From Alphaproteobacteria bacterium (GTDB lineage: Bacteria > Pseudomonadota > Alphaproteobacteria > M2410): 64,000 bases of DNA. The stretch covers positions 4,144 through 68,143 of the forward strand of contig JAUWTJ010000005.1 in the NCBI GenBank assembly GCA_030614785.1, in the 5' to 3' direction. Below, one piece after another: positions 9,528 through 20,664 of the stretch. Under the pieces are notes generated by a model that did no database searches, was not told the origin of the DNA, and saw only the letters and a list, made by a program, of their open reading frames with translations. The position numbers and the translations under genes are program-made. Numbering within the stretch: the stretch's first letter is position 1; each line of letters starts with the position of its first letter.

Positions 9528-10415
9528 ATGAGCGATTTTGAAAGTGAATTGATATCTGTTGCAGCCAGCGTGGACGCCGTGCTCGACAACATCCTGCCGC
9601 AGCCGGTTGGTCCCGAAGCGAGCCTGCTCGATGCCATGCGCTATGCCTGCCTGGGCGGTGGCAAGAGAATAAGGCCCTTTCTTGTTGTCCAGAGCGGCCG
9701 TATTTTTGGCATGGACGAAGAGACAATGCTCAGAATTGCCGCAGCCGTTGAATGCATTCACACATATTCGCTCGTTCATGATGACCTGCCTTGCATGGAT
9801 GACGATGACATGCGCCACGGCAAACCATCGACCCATCTGGAATATGATGAGGCAACCGCCGTGCTGGTCGGTGATGCGCTCCTGACGTTCGCGTTTGAAA
9901 TCTTGTCAGACGTTAATGCGCATCCGGATCCCTTTGTTCGCTGTGATCTTGTCGCACGGCTCGCGACCTCGATTGGTTTCCACGGCATGGTGGGTGGTCA
10001 GATGATTGATATGCTCGCCGAAGCCGGTGAGCTGGAGATAACCGCCATCAACCGGATGCAGCGCATGAAAACCGGTGCGTTGATAGCCTTCGCGGCGGAA
10101 TCCGGCGCTGTGGCAGCACGCGCCTCGCATAGCGCCATTCATGCTCTTAATGGCTATGCTCATGATTTGGGCCTGGCGTTTCAGATCACCGATGACATTC
10201 TCGACATTGAAGGCGACGCCGAGAGGCTTGGCAAATCTGTTGGAAAGGACGAAAAGGCCGGGAAAGCAACGTTTGTTTCCATTCTGGGCCTGGAACGGGC
10301 CAGAGCCCAGGCCGGGCTTCTTGCCGCACAGGCGGTCGCTCACCTTGATTTATTTGACGAAAAAGCCGATCTTCTGAGGGCGCTGGCGACCTTTGCAGTG
10401 GAGCGCGAACATTGA
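9528..10415 (+). CDS. ispA: (2E,6E)-farnesyl diphosphate synthase / polyprenyl synthetase
   Basis: First DDxxD motif LVHDDLPCMDDDDMRHGKP and second motif FQITDDILD; conserved position between xseB and dxs. Confidence 0.9.
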   Translation: MSDFESELISVAASVDAVLDNILPQPVGPEASLLDAMRYACLGGGKRIRPFLVVQSGRIFGMDEETMLRIAAAVECIHTYSLVHDDLPCMDDDDMRHGKPSTHLEYDEATAVLVGDALLTFAFEILSDVNAHPDPFVRCDLVARLATSIGFHGMVGGQMIDMLAEAGELEITAINRMQRMKTGALIAFAAESGAVAARASHSAIHALNGYAHDLGLAFQITDDILDIEGDAERLGKSVGKDEKAGKATFVSILGLERARAQAGLLAAQAVAHLDLFDEKADLLRALATFAVEREH

Positions 10416-10449
10416 GTGAATTGTTGCAGAGCGTTATGGGGAATTATTA

Positions 10450-12378
10450 GTGACCGGCAGACCACAGACACCGCTTCTCGACACAGTGAAGTATCCAAGC
10501 GACATCCGGGAATTTTCGCGCGAGCAACTTGTCCAGCTCGCCGGAGAAGTGCGCGAGGATACCATTCATACGGTATCAAGGACCGGTGGGCACCTTGGTG
10601 CGGGCCTCGGCGTGGTTGAACTCACCGTCGCCATCCATCATGTTTTTAATACGCCGGATGATCGCTTGATCTGGGATGTTGGTCACCAGTGTTATCCGCA
10701 CAAAATTTTAACCGGACGCCGCGATGAAATGCACACCATTCGAAAGGGCGGCGGCCTTTCCGGTTTCACCAAACGTAAGGAAAGTCCCTACGATCCATTT
10801 GGCGCGGCCCATTCCTCGACGTCCATTTCCGCCGGGCTTGGCATGGCCGTCGCACGGGATCTTCAGGACGGGGACAATCATGTCATTTGCGTGATCGGTG
10901 ATGGCGCCATGAGCGCTGGCATGGCCTATGAAGCCATGAATAATGCCGGAGCGATGAATTCGAAACTCATCGTCATTCTGAATGACAACGACATGTCGAT
11001 CGCAAGACCGGTCGGAGCCATGAGCGCCTATCTGTCACGGCTCTGGTCCGGCGGGGTCTATCAGGGGTTTCGTCACTTTGCCAAAAACGTCGCGCACAAA
11101 TTGCCGCGCCCTATCGAGGAATTTGGTCGCCGCGCTGAGGAATATACCCGCGGCATGACTCTGGGCGGCGGAACCATGTTTGAGGAGCTTGGCTTTTATT
11201 ATGTCGGCCCCATTGATGGTCACAATTTTGATCATCTCATCCCGGTTCTGAAAAATGCACGGGATGGTGACTTTGGTCCGATCCTTGTCCATTGCAGGAC
11301 CGAGAAGGGCAAGGGCTATGAGCATGCGGAAAAGTCGCCGGACAAATATCACGGTGTTTCAGGCTTTGACGTCGTCACCGGGGCCCAGCAGAAACCGGTT
11401 CCCAATGCGCCGAGCTATACCAGCATATTTGCAAAGGCCCTTATTCAGGAAGCCGAGCATGACGAAGCGATTGTCGCAATCACCGCCGCGATGCCCGATG
11501 GAACCGGGCTCGACAAATTCGGCGAGGCCTTTCCTGATCGCACCTTTGATGTCGGGATCGCCGAGCAGCATGCTGTAACTTTCGGTGCAGGGCTCGCGAC
11601 AGAAGGCATGAAACCGTTCGTTACCATATACTCAACATTCCTGCAGCGTGGTTACGACCAGATTGTTCACGATGTAGCCATTCAGCAGCTGCCGGTGCGC
11701 TTCGCGCTCGACCGGGCCGGCCTTGTCGGCGCGGATGGTCCAACCCATGCCGGTTCCTTTGATTTGGCCTATCTGTGCTGTCTGCCAGGGTTTGTGGTCA
11801 TGGCAGCGGCCGATGAAGCCGAGCTCATGCATATGGTAGCCACTGCGGCCTCAATCAACGACCGTCCCAGCGCGGTGCGATATCCACGCGGAGAGGGCGT
11901 CGGTGTTGACTTGCCTGACAGGGGCGTACCGCTGGAAATTGGCAAGGGTCGCATCGTCCGTGAGGGAAACTCCGTCGCAATCCTCAGCCTTGGTACGCGG
12001 TTGGCTGAAGCCTTGAAAGCGGCAGAAGATCTCGCCCAGCAGGGGCTTTCGGTAACGGTCGCCGATGCCCGGTTTGCCAAGCCCTTTGACGAGGATCTCA
12101 TTCGTGATCTTGCTAAATCCCATAAAATTTTTATTACAGTCGAGGAAGGCTCTGGCGGCGGCTTTGGTGCTCACGTCCTGGAATTCATGGCGAAGGAGCG
12201 GTTACTCGAAAATGGGCTCAAGGTGCGCACATTGACCCTGCCTGACAGGTTTATCGACCAGAACTCGCCGTCGGCCATGTATGACGAGGCCGGCCTTAAT
12301 GCACCGGGGATCGTTGAGACAGTGCGCGAAATGTTGGACATTTCCGAGGCGGTCGGAGCCCGGCCAAAACGGGCCTGA
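10450..12378 (+). CDS. dxs: 1-deoxy-D-xylulose-5-phosphate synthase
   Basis: Full-length match to the Dxs architecture (TPP-binding GDGA, transketolase-like domains); GTG start. Confidence 0.95.
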   Translation: MTGRPQTPLLDTVKYPSDIREFSREQLVQLAGEVREDTIHTVSRTGGHLGAGLGVVELTVAIHHVFNTPDDRLIWDVGHQCYPHKILTGRRDEMHTIRKGGGLSGFTKRKESPYDPFGAAHSSTSISAGLGMAVARDLQDGDNHVICVIGDGAMSAGMAYEAMNNAGAMNSKLIVILNDNDMSIARPVGAMSAYLSRLWSGGVYQGFRHFAKNVAHKLPRPIEEFGRRAEEYTRGMTLGGGTMFEELGFYYVGPIDGHNFDHLIPVLKNARDGDFGPILVHCRTEKGKGYEHAEKSPDKYHGVSGFDVVTGAQQKPVPNAPSYTSIFAKALIQEAEHDEAIVAITAAMPDGTGLDKFGEAFPDRTFDVGIAEQHAVTFGAGLATEGMKPFVTIYSTFLQRGYDQIVHDVAIQQLPVRFALDRAGLVGADGPTHAGSFDLAYLCCLPGFVVMAAADEAELMHMVATAASINDRPSAVRYPRGEGVGVDLPDRGVPLEIGKGRIVREGNSVAILSLGTRLAEALKAAEDLAQQGLSVTVADARFAKPFDEDLIRDLAKSHKIFITVEEGSGGGFGAHVLEFMAKERLLENGLKVRTLTLPDRFIDQNSPSAMYDEAGLNAPGIVETVREMLDISEAVGARPKRA

Positions 12379-12393
12379 AAAAGCCCGGAGAGG

Positions 12394-13425
12394 TCATCTG
12401 TCTGAATTGGTAAGCTGCAACGGGCGATTGGCGTTGGCTCTTTCAAGATGACGCCGTCTGAAGCCTTGCGCACTTTCTCCGACCAGGCGCCTGAAGGCCT
12501 CTTCGAAAGGGCCAATAGATCCATAACCGACCGATATGGCAATTTCATCAAGCTTCATTTCAACCTGATCGACATCTTCCAATATAATTCTTGCATCCGC
12601 GATTCTGTAGTGATCGAGAAGGTTGCTCAATCGCCGAAATCCAAATCCGATATGGATGAGGACACGCACGGCTTGATTTTTCAAGAGCAATCGATCACCG
12701 ATCCTCTCAAGGGTCAAATCGTCTTCTCGATAAATGTGGCGTCGATCGAATAGCGATCTCAGTTCTTCCAGTTTCTCTTCGTAGGTTTCGAAAACCGGTT
12801 CTATACTCTCTGTACGAACGATATGGAGAGTGTAAGTCGTCATGATCCACAAGCCAAGGAGAAGCGTGGTCGCTCCATTCGAATACGGGTTGGTAAGCAG
12901 CGTAACAAGAAGCGTGACTGTACAAAATGTTGTCAACATGTAGCGCCTCGGCAGACGCTGCGCATCCATATCGTCATGTCTGCCGCTCCAGAAGCTGAAC
13001 AAACCATGTAGTAAAAACCCGCAAAGGATAAACTTGTTTGTTGTCCCCGCCCAAAATGACCATGCGGCCAGTGTAGGGGGAGCGGTATGAAAGATCAGGC
13101 CGGAAAGCATCAAGCCAGTAATCGCGAAAAAGGTCACTGGCCTTGTATGGTAGGCCCGCCGAAATCCGATACCTGCCAGGATAGAGATAAGGGCAGGCAT
13201 GGGCGTGGCCAGGGTGACGAGTGCAGTGCGTATCGCTCCGCTGACGAGCGGGGGAGACCACGCTGTGATCAGTACGCTCAGTGCTGATACAAGCCCCATG
13301 ATGAAGAGTACACGCCCGTGTTGTCGTGCCGTATTGCGCGCCCGAAACAAGGCTGTGATCCCTCCCGCTACGACAAGAGATATCAATGCGCTCCACAGAC
13401 CCGACGAAACCATCCCAACCCTCAA
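12394..13425 (-). CDS. AraC-family transcriptional regulator with N-terminal polytopic membrane domain
   Basis: About 6-7 predicted TM helices at the N-terminus and an AraC-type HTH at the C-terminus (ISVGYGSIGPFEEAFRR); lower GC than the flanking dxs and tlyA. Confidence 0.7.
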   Translation of the reverse strand: MRVGMVSSGLWSALISLVVAGGITALFRARNTARQHGRVLFIMGLVSALSVLITAWSPPLVSGAIRTALVTLATPMPALISILAGIGFRRAYHTRPVTFFAITGLMLSGLIFHTAPPTLAAWSFWAGTTNKFILCGFLLHGLFSFWSGRHDDMDAQRLPRRYMLTTFCTVTLLVTLLTNPYSNGATTLLLGLWIMTTYTLHIVRTESIEPVFETYEEKLEELRSLFDRRHIYREDDLTLERIGDRLLLKNQAVRVLIHIGFGFRRLSNLLDHYRIADARIILEDVDQVEMKLDEIAISVGYGSIGPFEEAFRRLVGESAQGFRRRHLERANANRPLQLTNSDR

Positions 13426-13575
13426 GTGACGAATATGTCTTTCACGGTATTCTCAAGCTTCCAGCTTGCCATCCGCAGTTCCTGCCCGCTATCCAAAAAC
13501 AGGCAACGCGTCATTGAGTCATGGTTCAGAGGGGTGTGTGTAGCGAAAGTTTCGCGTTAACCATGCTTTTCCATT

Positions 13576-13983
13576 TTGATTATGGAATTTTCGTGTAAAA
13601 TCGACAGATACACGGGTAAAACCGCGGGAATTAGCGATTCCTTCGGAATGCCGAGGATGGGTACCTTGGCAAAAATGGTAAACAGTGGGGTACTTATGGG
13701 TTCGCGATTGAGCGTCGCCAGAGGTGGAGACGGCAGTGAATCGGCCACTCAATCAGTGGCGCGCTTTTTCGTCGGAGCATCGGGGCTTGTACTGCGCGGC
13801 CTTGGCATAGCAGTGCTCATGGGCGTTGTATTCGGTTTGCTGATCGGCATTGGCGGGCTCTGGCTCGGGGTAGAGCGCGAGCAGCAGATTATTATGGGTG
13901 GCCTGAGCGGCTGGATCTCAAGCTTCATCGCCATGATGTATATTGTCTTGCATGTGCGGCGCGAACGAACGGCAGGCCATTAG
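13576..13983 (+). CDS. Hypothetical small membrane protein
   Basis: Two C-terminal hydrophobic helices; start uncertain (alternatives near 13654); no recognised motif. Confidence 0.3.
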   Translation: MIMEFSCKIDRYTGKTAGISDSFGMPRMGTLAKMVNSGVLMGSRLSVARGGDGSESATQSVARFFVGASGLVLRGLGIAVLMGVVFGLLIGIGGLWLGVEREQQIIMGGLSGWISSFIAMMYIVLHVRRERTAGH

Positions 13984-14041
13984 TCCCGGACCAATTTTCA
14001 GATCTCTTGTTATATGTCAGGTGGCCGGGTATTGATCCGTC

Positions 14042-14782
14042 ATGCAAAAGCGTGCGGACATACTCCTTGTTGAGCAAGGATTGGTTGAAAGCCGGGCAAG
14101 GGCCCAGGTCGAAATTTCGGCTGGCCAGGTCTTTGTCGGCAAGGATCCGGTGCGCAAGGCGAGTCAAAGGTTACATGAGGGGGCCGAACTGCACTTGAAA
14201 GCGCGTGCCCTGCCGTGGGTTTCGCGTGCTGCCCTGAAACTCGGCCACGCCCTGGCTCACTTCGATCTCGGGCTTGAAGGGCGATGCGTCCTGGATCTCG
14301 GGGCTTGCACAGGGGGCTTTAGTGAAGTTGCCCTGAAGTCCGGCGCCGCACATGTCTTCGCCGTAGATGTCGGGCGCGGTCAACTTCATGCCTCGCTAAA
14401 GGGCCAGGAACGCCTCACCTCCATGGAAGGGGTTAATGCTCGAAACCTTGTGAGGGGTGATTTTGACAGGCCAATAGATGTAATTGTGTCAGACCTCAGT
14501 TTTATATCGCTCAAGCTCGGGCTTTCTCCCGCACTCGAGATTTGCGAGCCCGGTGGAACTCTCATAGCTCTCATCAAACCCCAGTTTGAGGCGGGCAAAG
14601 AGCGGGTCGGACGCGGCGGTATTGTCAAGGACCCGTCTGTACACAAAGAGATAGTCAGTGATATTGAAGCGTGGATAAATGAAAAAAAGCCGTGGCAGGT
14701 CCTGGGTGTAACGCCCAGCCCGATCACTGGCAGCGACGGAAATCAGGAGTTTCTCATTGCCGCAGAAAAAAAGAAGATTTGA
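14042..14782 (+). CDS. tlyA: TlyA-family rRNA (cytidine-2'-O)-methyltransferase (hemolysin A-like)
   Basis: S4-like N-terminus followed by an FtsJ-type SAM methyltransferase domain (LDLGACTGGF); conserved next to dxs in many alphaproteobacteria. Confidence 0.85.
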   Translation: MQKRADILLVEQGLVESRARAQVEISAGQVFVGKDPVRKASQRLHEGAELHLKARALPWVSRAALKLGHALAHFDLGLEGRCVLDLGACTGGFSEVALKSGAAHVFAVDVGRGQLHASLKGQERLTSMEGVNARNLVRGDFDRPIDVIVSDLSFISLKLGLSPALEICEPGGTLIALIKPQFEAGKERVGRGGIVKDPSVHKEIVSDIEAWINEKKPWQVLGVTPSPITGSDGNQEFLIAAEKKKI

Positions 14783-16049
14783 CACCCCGAAGGTTCGCCG
14801 GTCGCTGACGCTTGAAATCATCGAGCTGGGCGCGCAGGGCGATGGCATTGCCAAAGGACCTGATGGTCCGGTCTATGTGCCGCGCACAGTACCCGGTGAC
14901 GAAGTCAATGCACAGGTTGTCGGGCAAAAGGCAGAGAGTTTTGAGCTGGTGAAGGCCGGACCGGATCGCCAGGATCCGCCATGTCCTCACTTCGTTGATT
15001 GTGGTGGTTGCGCATTGCAGCATCTTTCCGAAGACGCCTATCGCACACACAAAATGAAAACTCTTGAAGAAACCTTCCGCAAGGCCGGCCTTGAGCTTCC
15101 TGCGGTCAATTCTGTCTGGGGACATGAAGCCTCGCGGCGACGGACCACGTTCAAGACGCGTGGCAGAGGCAAGGGTGCGGTGCTGGGATATCAAACGACG
15201 GGCTCTCACCATCTGGTTCCTGTTGACCGGTGTCTTATCCTGACCGAAGGGCTTCAGAACGCCCTGCCGGATGTGCGTCATCTGGCATCTTCCATACTTG
15301 AGCCCGGCGAGGAAGCAACCATCGCGCTAACGGAATGTGAAAATGGTATCGATGTCAGCATTACGCTCGATCAGGACCTCTACGAGGTACGGCGTCTGGA
15401 GGTCCTCGAAAGGCTCGGCTCGGCGGCGAAGACCGCCGACATTGCCCGCATAACCGTGAACGGCGAGCCGGCCCTTGTGGCGAGGACGCCGGTGGTTCGG
15501 TTCGACGGCATTGCTGTATCGCCGCCCTACAATGCCTTTCTTCAGCCCGGCCTTGAGGGGGAGAATGTCCTGAGAGAACTGGTTTTGGAAAACCGGCCCG
15601 AAAAAAAGAACGGCCGTGCTGTCGATCTTTTCGCGGGATGTGGAACTTTCTCCCTGCCGCTGGCCCGGCATTTTGATGTCATTGCCTATGAGAGTGAGGG
15701 CGCGCAGGTAACTGCGCTCGAAAATGCGGCACGAGTGGCATCCCTGTCGGGCTTGAAAACCGTGCGCCGGGATCTCGTCCGGGAACCTTTGGGGGACCTG
15801 GAGCTCAGGAAGATAGATTATGTTGTCCTCAACCCGCCGCGCGCTGGTGCAAAAGGACAGGCCGAAGAACTCGCCAGATCAAAAGTGCCCGCGATCACAT
15901 ACATTTCCTGCAATCCTGGCACCCTGGCCCGCGACGCGAGGATACTTCAGAGCGGGGGGTATAGTTTGACCTCAATGACTTTGCTGGATCAGTTCGTCTA
16001 CTCCGCACACAGCGAATGTATTGCGATATTCAGAAAAGATCAGACCTGA
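14757..16049 (+). CDS. 23S rRNA (uracil-5)-methyltransferase RumA/RlmD-like (TRAM domain plus 4Fe-4S cysteines)
   Basis: Cys cluster CPHFVDCGGCALQH, C-terminal SAM methyltransferase fold with the catalytic Cys (ISCNPGTLARD); putative TTG start overlapping tlyA by 26 nt. Confidence 0.8.
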   Translation: MPQKKRRFDTPKVRRSLTLEIIELGAQGDGIAKGPDGPVYVPRTVPGDEVNAQVVGQKAESFELVKAGPDRQDPPCPHFVDCGGCALQHLSEDAYRTHKMKTLEETFRKAGLELPAVNSVWGHEASRRRTTFKTRGRGKGAVLGYQTTGSHHLVPVDRCLILTEGLQNALPDVRHLASSILEPGEEATIALTECENGIDVSITLDQDLYEVRRLEVLERLGSAAKTADIARITVNGEPALVARTPVVRFDGIAVSPPYNAFLQPGLEGENVLRELVLENRPEKKNGRAVDLFAGCGTFSLPLARHFDVIAYESEGAQVTALENAARVASLSGLKTVRRDLVREPLGDLELRKIDYVVLNPPRAGAKGQAEELARSKVPAITYISCNPGTLARDARILQSGGYSLTSMTLLDQFVYSAHSECIAIFRKDQT

Positions 16050-16549
16050 TGCCCGGTTAGCGCGCGGGTGTGAAAGTTTTGCAGCGCCTCGATAATATCC
16101 CGGGCTGGCTCAATGACCTGTGACAGGTCGATGGCAAGGGTAGTGGAATCCTGCAAGCGCCAGATATTGACCTGAATTACCCTGAGGGCGCTTGTTTCAT
16201 CGGCTTCCTTTAGAGCCCCTTCCAGGGTATCTTTGAGGCTGCACAGAATTGTCGGGGATGCCACATCCTCGGATAGTGTCATGTTCTCGATCGAGCGCCA
16301 GTCGACTATACCAAGGCCATCAATTTTCAAACCATGCAGGGTTGCCGAAAGGTGAGCTTCACGGCGACCAAGCAGCGGGTAATTGTACAGCGCCACCGCG
16401 AAAGCACCGAGTGCAACAAGCACCAGGATTGGTTGGGAAAGAATCAGCCCGGCCAGAACGGATGCTCCGCCGAAAATGGCAGCCCCTGCAACAAGCCTGC
16501 GTCCCCGGTCGGGTGTGATATGAACATCAAAGCGTTCGACCTCGGTCAT
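16040..16549 (-). CDS. Hypothetical membrane protein
   Basis: Two hydrophobic helices near the N-terminus; convergent 10-nt overlap with the upstream methyltransferase gene. Confidence 0.4.
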   Translation of the reverse strand: MTEVERFDVHITPDRGRRLVAGAAIFGGASVLAGLILSQPILVLVALGAFAVALYNYPLLGRREAHLSATLHGLKIDGLGIVDWRSIENMTLSEDVASPTILCSLKDTLEGALKEADETSALRVIQVNIWRLQDSTTLAIDLSQVIEPARDIIEALQNFHTRALTGHQV

Positions 16550-16595
16550 GCACCCTCGATAATTATTGTAACCCTGTTACAGCACTTCAAGTCCC

Positions 16596-17708
16596 TCAAG
16601 CCCCTGAAGTCCCGGTCTGAGCGCGGTGTCGCAGCAGCTGGTCTGCGAGAACAGACGCTACCATCGCTTCGCCGACAGGAACAGCCCGGATGTCGACGCA
16701 TGGGTCGTGGCGGCCTTTGGTGGCAGTTTTGGTCGCTTTTCCATCCCGCGTGATGCTGTCTACCGGCGTCAGAATGGATGAAGTAGGTTTTACGGCAAAT
16801 CGGGCGACGATGTCCTGACCTGACGAGATACCGCCGAGGATCCCGCCGGCATGATTGGACATGAACCGGGGTCCATCGTTGCCGGGCGTGATCGCATCGG
16901 CATTTTCTTCGCCGGTGAGGGCAGCCACTGCAAATCCGTCACCGATCTCAACGCCCTTGACCGCATTGATACTCATCAGACCCTGGGCGAGTTCGGTGTC
17001 AAGCTTGCCATAGACCGGCGCGCCGAGCCCGGCGGGTATACCTTCAGCGATAACTTCGATAACTGCGCCGCAGGACGAGCCGGCCTTGCGGATCCCGTCG
17101 AGATAGGTCTCCCATGTCTTTACCGCTTCTGCATCGGGGCACCAGAAAGGGTTGTCGCCGATAATGTCCCAGTCCCAATTGTCGCGATTGATCAGATGGG
17201 GTCCCATCTGCACCAGAGCGCCGCGGATGCGGACCTTGTCGCCAAGAATACTGGCAAGCACTTTGCGTGCAACCCCTCCGGCCGCCACGCGCATTGCCGT
17301 CTCGCGCGCCGAGGAGCGCCCGCCGCCGCGATAGTCGCGCAAGCCATATTTGGCTTCGTAGGTAATATCAGCATGGCCCGGACGGTAGGTGTCACGAATA
17401 TCATTGTAGTCTTTGGAACGTTGATCCTGGTTCTCGATGAGGAGCGAAATCGGTGTTCCTGTCGTGACCTGGCCGTTGGTACGGTCATCGGAAAAGACGC
17501 CGGAAAGGATTTTTACAGCATCATCTTCGCGGCGCTGGGTCACATATTTCGATTGCCCCGGCTTGCGTTTATCGAGCCAGACCTGAAGATCTTCCTCGCT
17601 CAGTGCGATGCCCGGCGGCGTGCCATCGACAACACACCCGATCGAGGGTCCATGGGACTCGCCCCATGTCGTAACCCGAAAAAGATGGCCAAAAGTGTTG
17701 TGAGACAT
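16596..17708 (-). CDS. aroC: Chorismate synthase
   Basis: Full-length AroC-like sequence (GESHGP..., RHDPCV blocks). Confidence 0.95.
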   Translation of the reverse strand: MSHNTFGHLFRVTTWGESHGPSIGCVVDGTPPGIALSEEDLQVWLDKRKPGQSKYVTQRREDDAVKILSGVFSDDRTNGQVTTGTPISLLIENQDQRSKDYNDIRDTYRPGHADITYEAKYGLRDYRGGGRSSARETAMRVAAGGVARKVLASILGDKVRIRGALVQMGPHLINRDNWDWDIIGDNPFWCPDAEAVKTWETYLDGIRKAGSSCGAVIEVIAEGIPAGLGAPVYGKLDTELAQGLMSINAVKGVEIGDGFAVAALTGEENADAITPGNDGPRFMSNHAGGILGGISSGQDIVARFAVKPTSSILTPVDSITRDGKATKTATKGRHDPCVDIRAVPVGEAMVASVLADQLLRHRAQTGTSGA

Positions 17709-17719
17709 GGGCTTGCCGC

Positions 17720-18532
17720 CTATCCGACCGTGATATCAGGCGCGTCTTCGGCCTTCATACCGACCACGTGATATCCGGCATCCACATGATGAACCTCGCC
17801 GGTAACTGCAGCGCCCAGATCGGACAGCAAGTAAAGTGCTGAATTACCGACCTCCTCGATTGTCACGGTACGGCGTAGCGGTGAATTATATTCATTCCAT
17901 TTCAGAATATAACGAAAGTCGCCAATGCCCGAGGCTGCAAGCGTCTTGATCGGCCCTGCGGAAATCGCGTTAACACGAATATTCTGTTTCCCGAGATCCA
18001 TGGCAAGATAGCGCACACTTGTCTCAAGGGCAGCCTTCGCAACTCCCATGACATTGTAATGCGGCATGACCTTTTCGGCGCCGTAGTAGGTCAGCGTCAG
18101 CATGCTGCCGCCATCGCTCATCAGCTTCTCTGCCCGCAGCGCGACTGCAGTAAACGAGAAACACGAAATATTCATGGTCAGTTGAAAATTCTTGAAGCTC
18201 GTATCGACATAGCGGCCATCGAGCTCGTCCTTGTCGGAAAAGGCGATCGCATGGACGACAAAATCGAGCTTGCCCCAGGCTTCTTCAAGCGTGTGGAAGA
18301 CGGCGTCAATGCTGCCCTCGTCTGTCACGTCGCACGGAAGGATGATCTCGGAGCCAACAGATTCGGCCAGCGGCGTCACGCGTTTCTGGATGGCTTCGCC
18401 CTGATAGGTGAAGGCGAGTTCCGCTCCCGCCTTGTGTGCCGCTTCAGCGATGCCCCAGGCGATCGAGCGCTTGTTGGCCACGCCCATAATGAGCCCGCGC
18501 TTGCCTGCCATCAGATTTGGAAAGTCACTCAT
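17720..18532 (-). CDS. fabI: Enoyl-[acyl-carrier-protein] reductase (NADH)
   Basis: [14 protein letters not shown]-terminal motif, SDR fold with YxxxxxxK; start taken at MSDFPNL (ATG at 18532-18530). Confidence 0.9.
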   Translation of the reverse strand: MSDFPNLMAGKRGLIMGVANKRSIAWGIAEAAHKAGAELAFTYQGEAIQKRVTPLAESVGSEIILPCDVTDEGSIDAVFHTLEEAWGKLDFVVHAIAFSDKDELDGRYVDTSFKNFQLTMNISCFSFTAVALRAEKLMSDGGSMLTLTYYGAEKVMPHYNVMGVAKAALETSVRYLAMDLGKQNIRVNAISAGPIKTLAASGIGDFRYILKWNEYNSPLRRTVTIEEVGNSALYLLSDLGAAVTGEVHHVDAGYHVVGMKAEDAPDITVG

Positions 18533-18678
18533 TGATAAAATAGCCCTCTCATACCTGATATCTACAGTAGCGCCGCATCCTACACGAACCACCGAGCCAA
18601 TCAATGTGTGTTATCAAAGGGATAGGGGATATTACAGACTTGTTACAGGGATTTGATCAACTCAAAAGCCCTGCGACC

Positions 18679-19848
18679 CTAAAACATGAAGTCCGAGCGA
18701 ACGTCATAGGCGTTGCGTGCCGACCAACGCTCTACCATGTCCTTGAAATCCTGGTCGTTGGCCGATGGCAATATGATCTTGAGGGTCACATATTGATCGC
18801 CGTATAGCTTTTCCTCGCCTTTTGGGGCGCGCGGCAGGCCTCGGCCCTTGAGGCGCAGGGCTGTATCGGCATTGGATCCAGGAGGGATTGTCATCGCAAC
18901 CGGCCCGTCAAGGGTCGGGACCATAACCCTGGCACCCAAAACAGCCTCATCAACCGCAACGGGCAGGATCAGATAAATGTCGTCGCCTTCACAGGTGAAA
19001 TGGCGGTGTGGCTCTACGTTGATCTCAAGAATGGCATCGCTGGCCGCGCCTGACTTGCCATGGCCTTTAAGCCGAATTTGCTGGCCGGACTTGACGCCGG
19101 CGGGAATTTTCACATCAAGCCGCTTGCCGCTCGGCAGTTTAACGCGCCGGGACGTTCCGCGTGCCGATTCCTCAAAACTGATCGAAAGATTGTAGCGGCT
19201 GTCCTGCGGCGTTGATACGTCGGCAGGTTCCGGCTGTGGCTTTGGACCAGCCTGTGGCTTTGGATTTGCCTGGGTCTTTGGCTCCGGCTTTGCGGTCGCA
19301 TCAGCGCTTGCCTGCGCCTCCGACCTGGTCGTAGACTTCGCTGCCTCCTGAGCCTTTGCTTTCAGTCCGGCGAACAGATCATTGAAGACTTCGTCTGCAC
19401 GAGGACGACGTGCCCGTTCCTCGCCACTTTTTTCAGAAGCCGCTTCTTGTCGACCCCAGCTGTACGCCTTGAAGTCTTCACCCTGTTTTTTTTGTGGTTT
19501 GCTGTGATCGCCTCCAGCGCGCGCGCGCGCTGCCCAGGCATCTGCGGCGCTTTTATGGTCGGACCGTGCTTCGCGCTGTTTGGTGCGGGCATTGGCAGAA
19601 CGTGAATTTTGACGGCGCATGATCGGCAGGCCATTGGCATCAATCTCACCACTGTCAAACTGCGAGCGTTTGGCCAAATCACCGAGGATGTCATAGGCGG
19701 CGTTGATTTCCTGAAATGTATTGGCAATGAGGCCGCTGTCACCGGCGACATCGGGATGATATTGCTTGGCGAGATTGCGAAATGCGGATTTGACGTCCTG
19801 CGGTGAGGCCTTTCGGTTAACGCCAAGAACTGTATAGGGGTCGCGCAT
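18679..19848 (-). CDS. J-domain protein (DnaJ N-terminal domain plus DnaJ C-terminal substrate-binding domains, no zinc finger)
   Basis: J domain DPYTVLGV...HPD, then a charged low-complexity linker, then a DnaJ C-terminal-like beta domain. Start chosen at MRDPY (AAAGAG RBS); two longer in-frame starts are possible. Confidence 0.75.
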   Translation of the reverse strand: MRDPYTVLGVNRKASPQDVKSAFRNLAKQYHPDVAGDSGLIANTFQEINAAYDILGDLAKRSQFDSGEIDANGLPIMRRQNSRSANARTKQREARSDHKSAADAWAARARAGGDHSKPQKKQGEDFKAYSWGRQEAASEKSGEERARRPRADEVFNDLFAGLKAKAQEAAKSTTRSEAQASADATAKPEPKTQANPKPQAGPKPQPEPADVSTPQDSRYNLSISFEESARGTSRRVKLPSGKRLDVKIPAGVKSGQQIRLKGHGKSGAASDAILEINVEPHRHFTCEGDDIYLILPVAVDEAVLGARVMVPTLDGPVAMTIPPGSNADTALRLKGRGLPRAPKGEEKLYGDQYVTLKIILPSANDQDFKDMVERWSARNAYDVRSDFMF

Positions 19849-20058
19849 AACACTCTTTTGGTTCATTGCCGGTGCCCGCTTGCCTCTGGAAGGCGCAGAC
19901 ATGCCGGTAAAGTCGGATTCCTGATCCACGAAGAATAGGAAATCCGCCATACCAAACAGTTAAAGGCGAGAGGTTTTGTTTAGAATGTGTTGTCCATAAC
20001 GCCGCGCGATCAAAGACCCGCCGGGATCACAGCCACTCTGTTTCAGGAAAATCGGGAC

Positions 20059-20532
20059 CTAGACGAATTTTACTTCGAGAATTTCGTACGACCTGCCGCC
20101 CCCGGGCGTGTTGACGTCAACGGAATCGCCGGTTTCCTTGCCGATAAGTGCGCGCGCTATCGGGGAGGAAATTGCAATGCGGCCTTCCTTCACGTCGGCC
20201 TCGTGATCGCCGACAATCTGATACTGGCTTTCTTCTTCGGTATCCTCATCAACCACACGGACGGTTGCGCCGAATTTCACAGTGTCGCCGTCAAGGGTAG
20301 CAGGGTCGATGACCTGGGACCGTGAAATCAGGTCTTCAAGTTGCATCACACGGGTCTCAATGAACGACTGACGCTCTTTGGCAGCGTGATATTCAGCGTT
20401 TTCCGACAGGTCGCCATGCTCGCGCGCCTCGGCAATCATCCGGATGGTCTCCGGCCGATCAATGGTTTTCAGCTGTTTCAGCTCACTTTCGAGGGCTTCG
20501 TGCCCGGACGCCGTCATTGGAACTTTTTCCAT
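20059..20532 (-). CDS. greA: Transcription elongation factor GreA
   Basis: Full-length GreA-like sequence of 157 aa. Confidence 0.95.
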   Translation of the reverse strand: MEKVPMTASGHEALESELKQLKTIDRPETIRMIAEAREHGDLSENAEYHAAKERQSFIETRVMQLEDLISRSQVIDPATLDGDTVKFGATVRVVDEDTEEESQYQIVGDHEADVKEGRIAISSPIARALIGKETGDSVDVNTPGGGRSYEILEVKFV

Positions 20533-20664
20533 AGTCTCGCTACCTGATTATATTAAAGACAACACGTCCTCACGCCCGACTATTCGGGCAATTTATATTA
20601 CCTATGCGTGTGAAGAATTTCTACTTCGCGGTCGAACGACGCTTACGCCGCATATATCTGGCCT

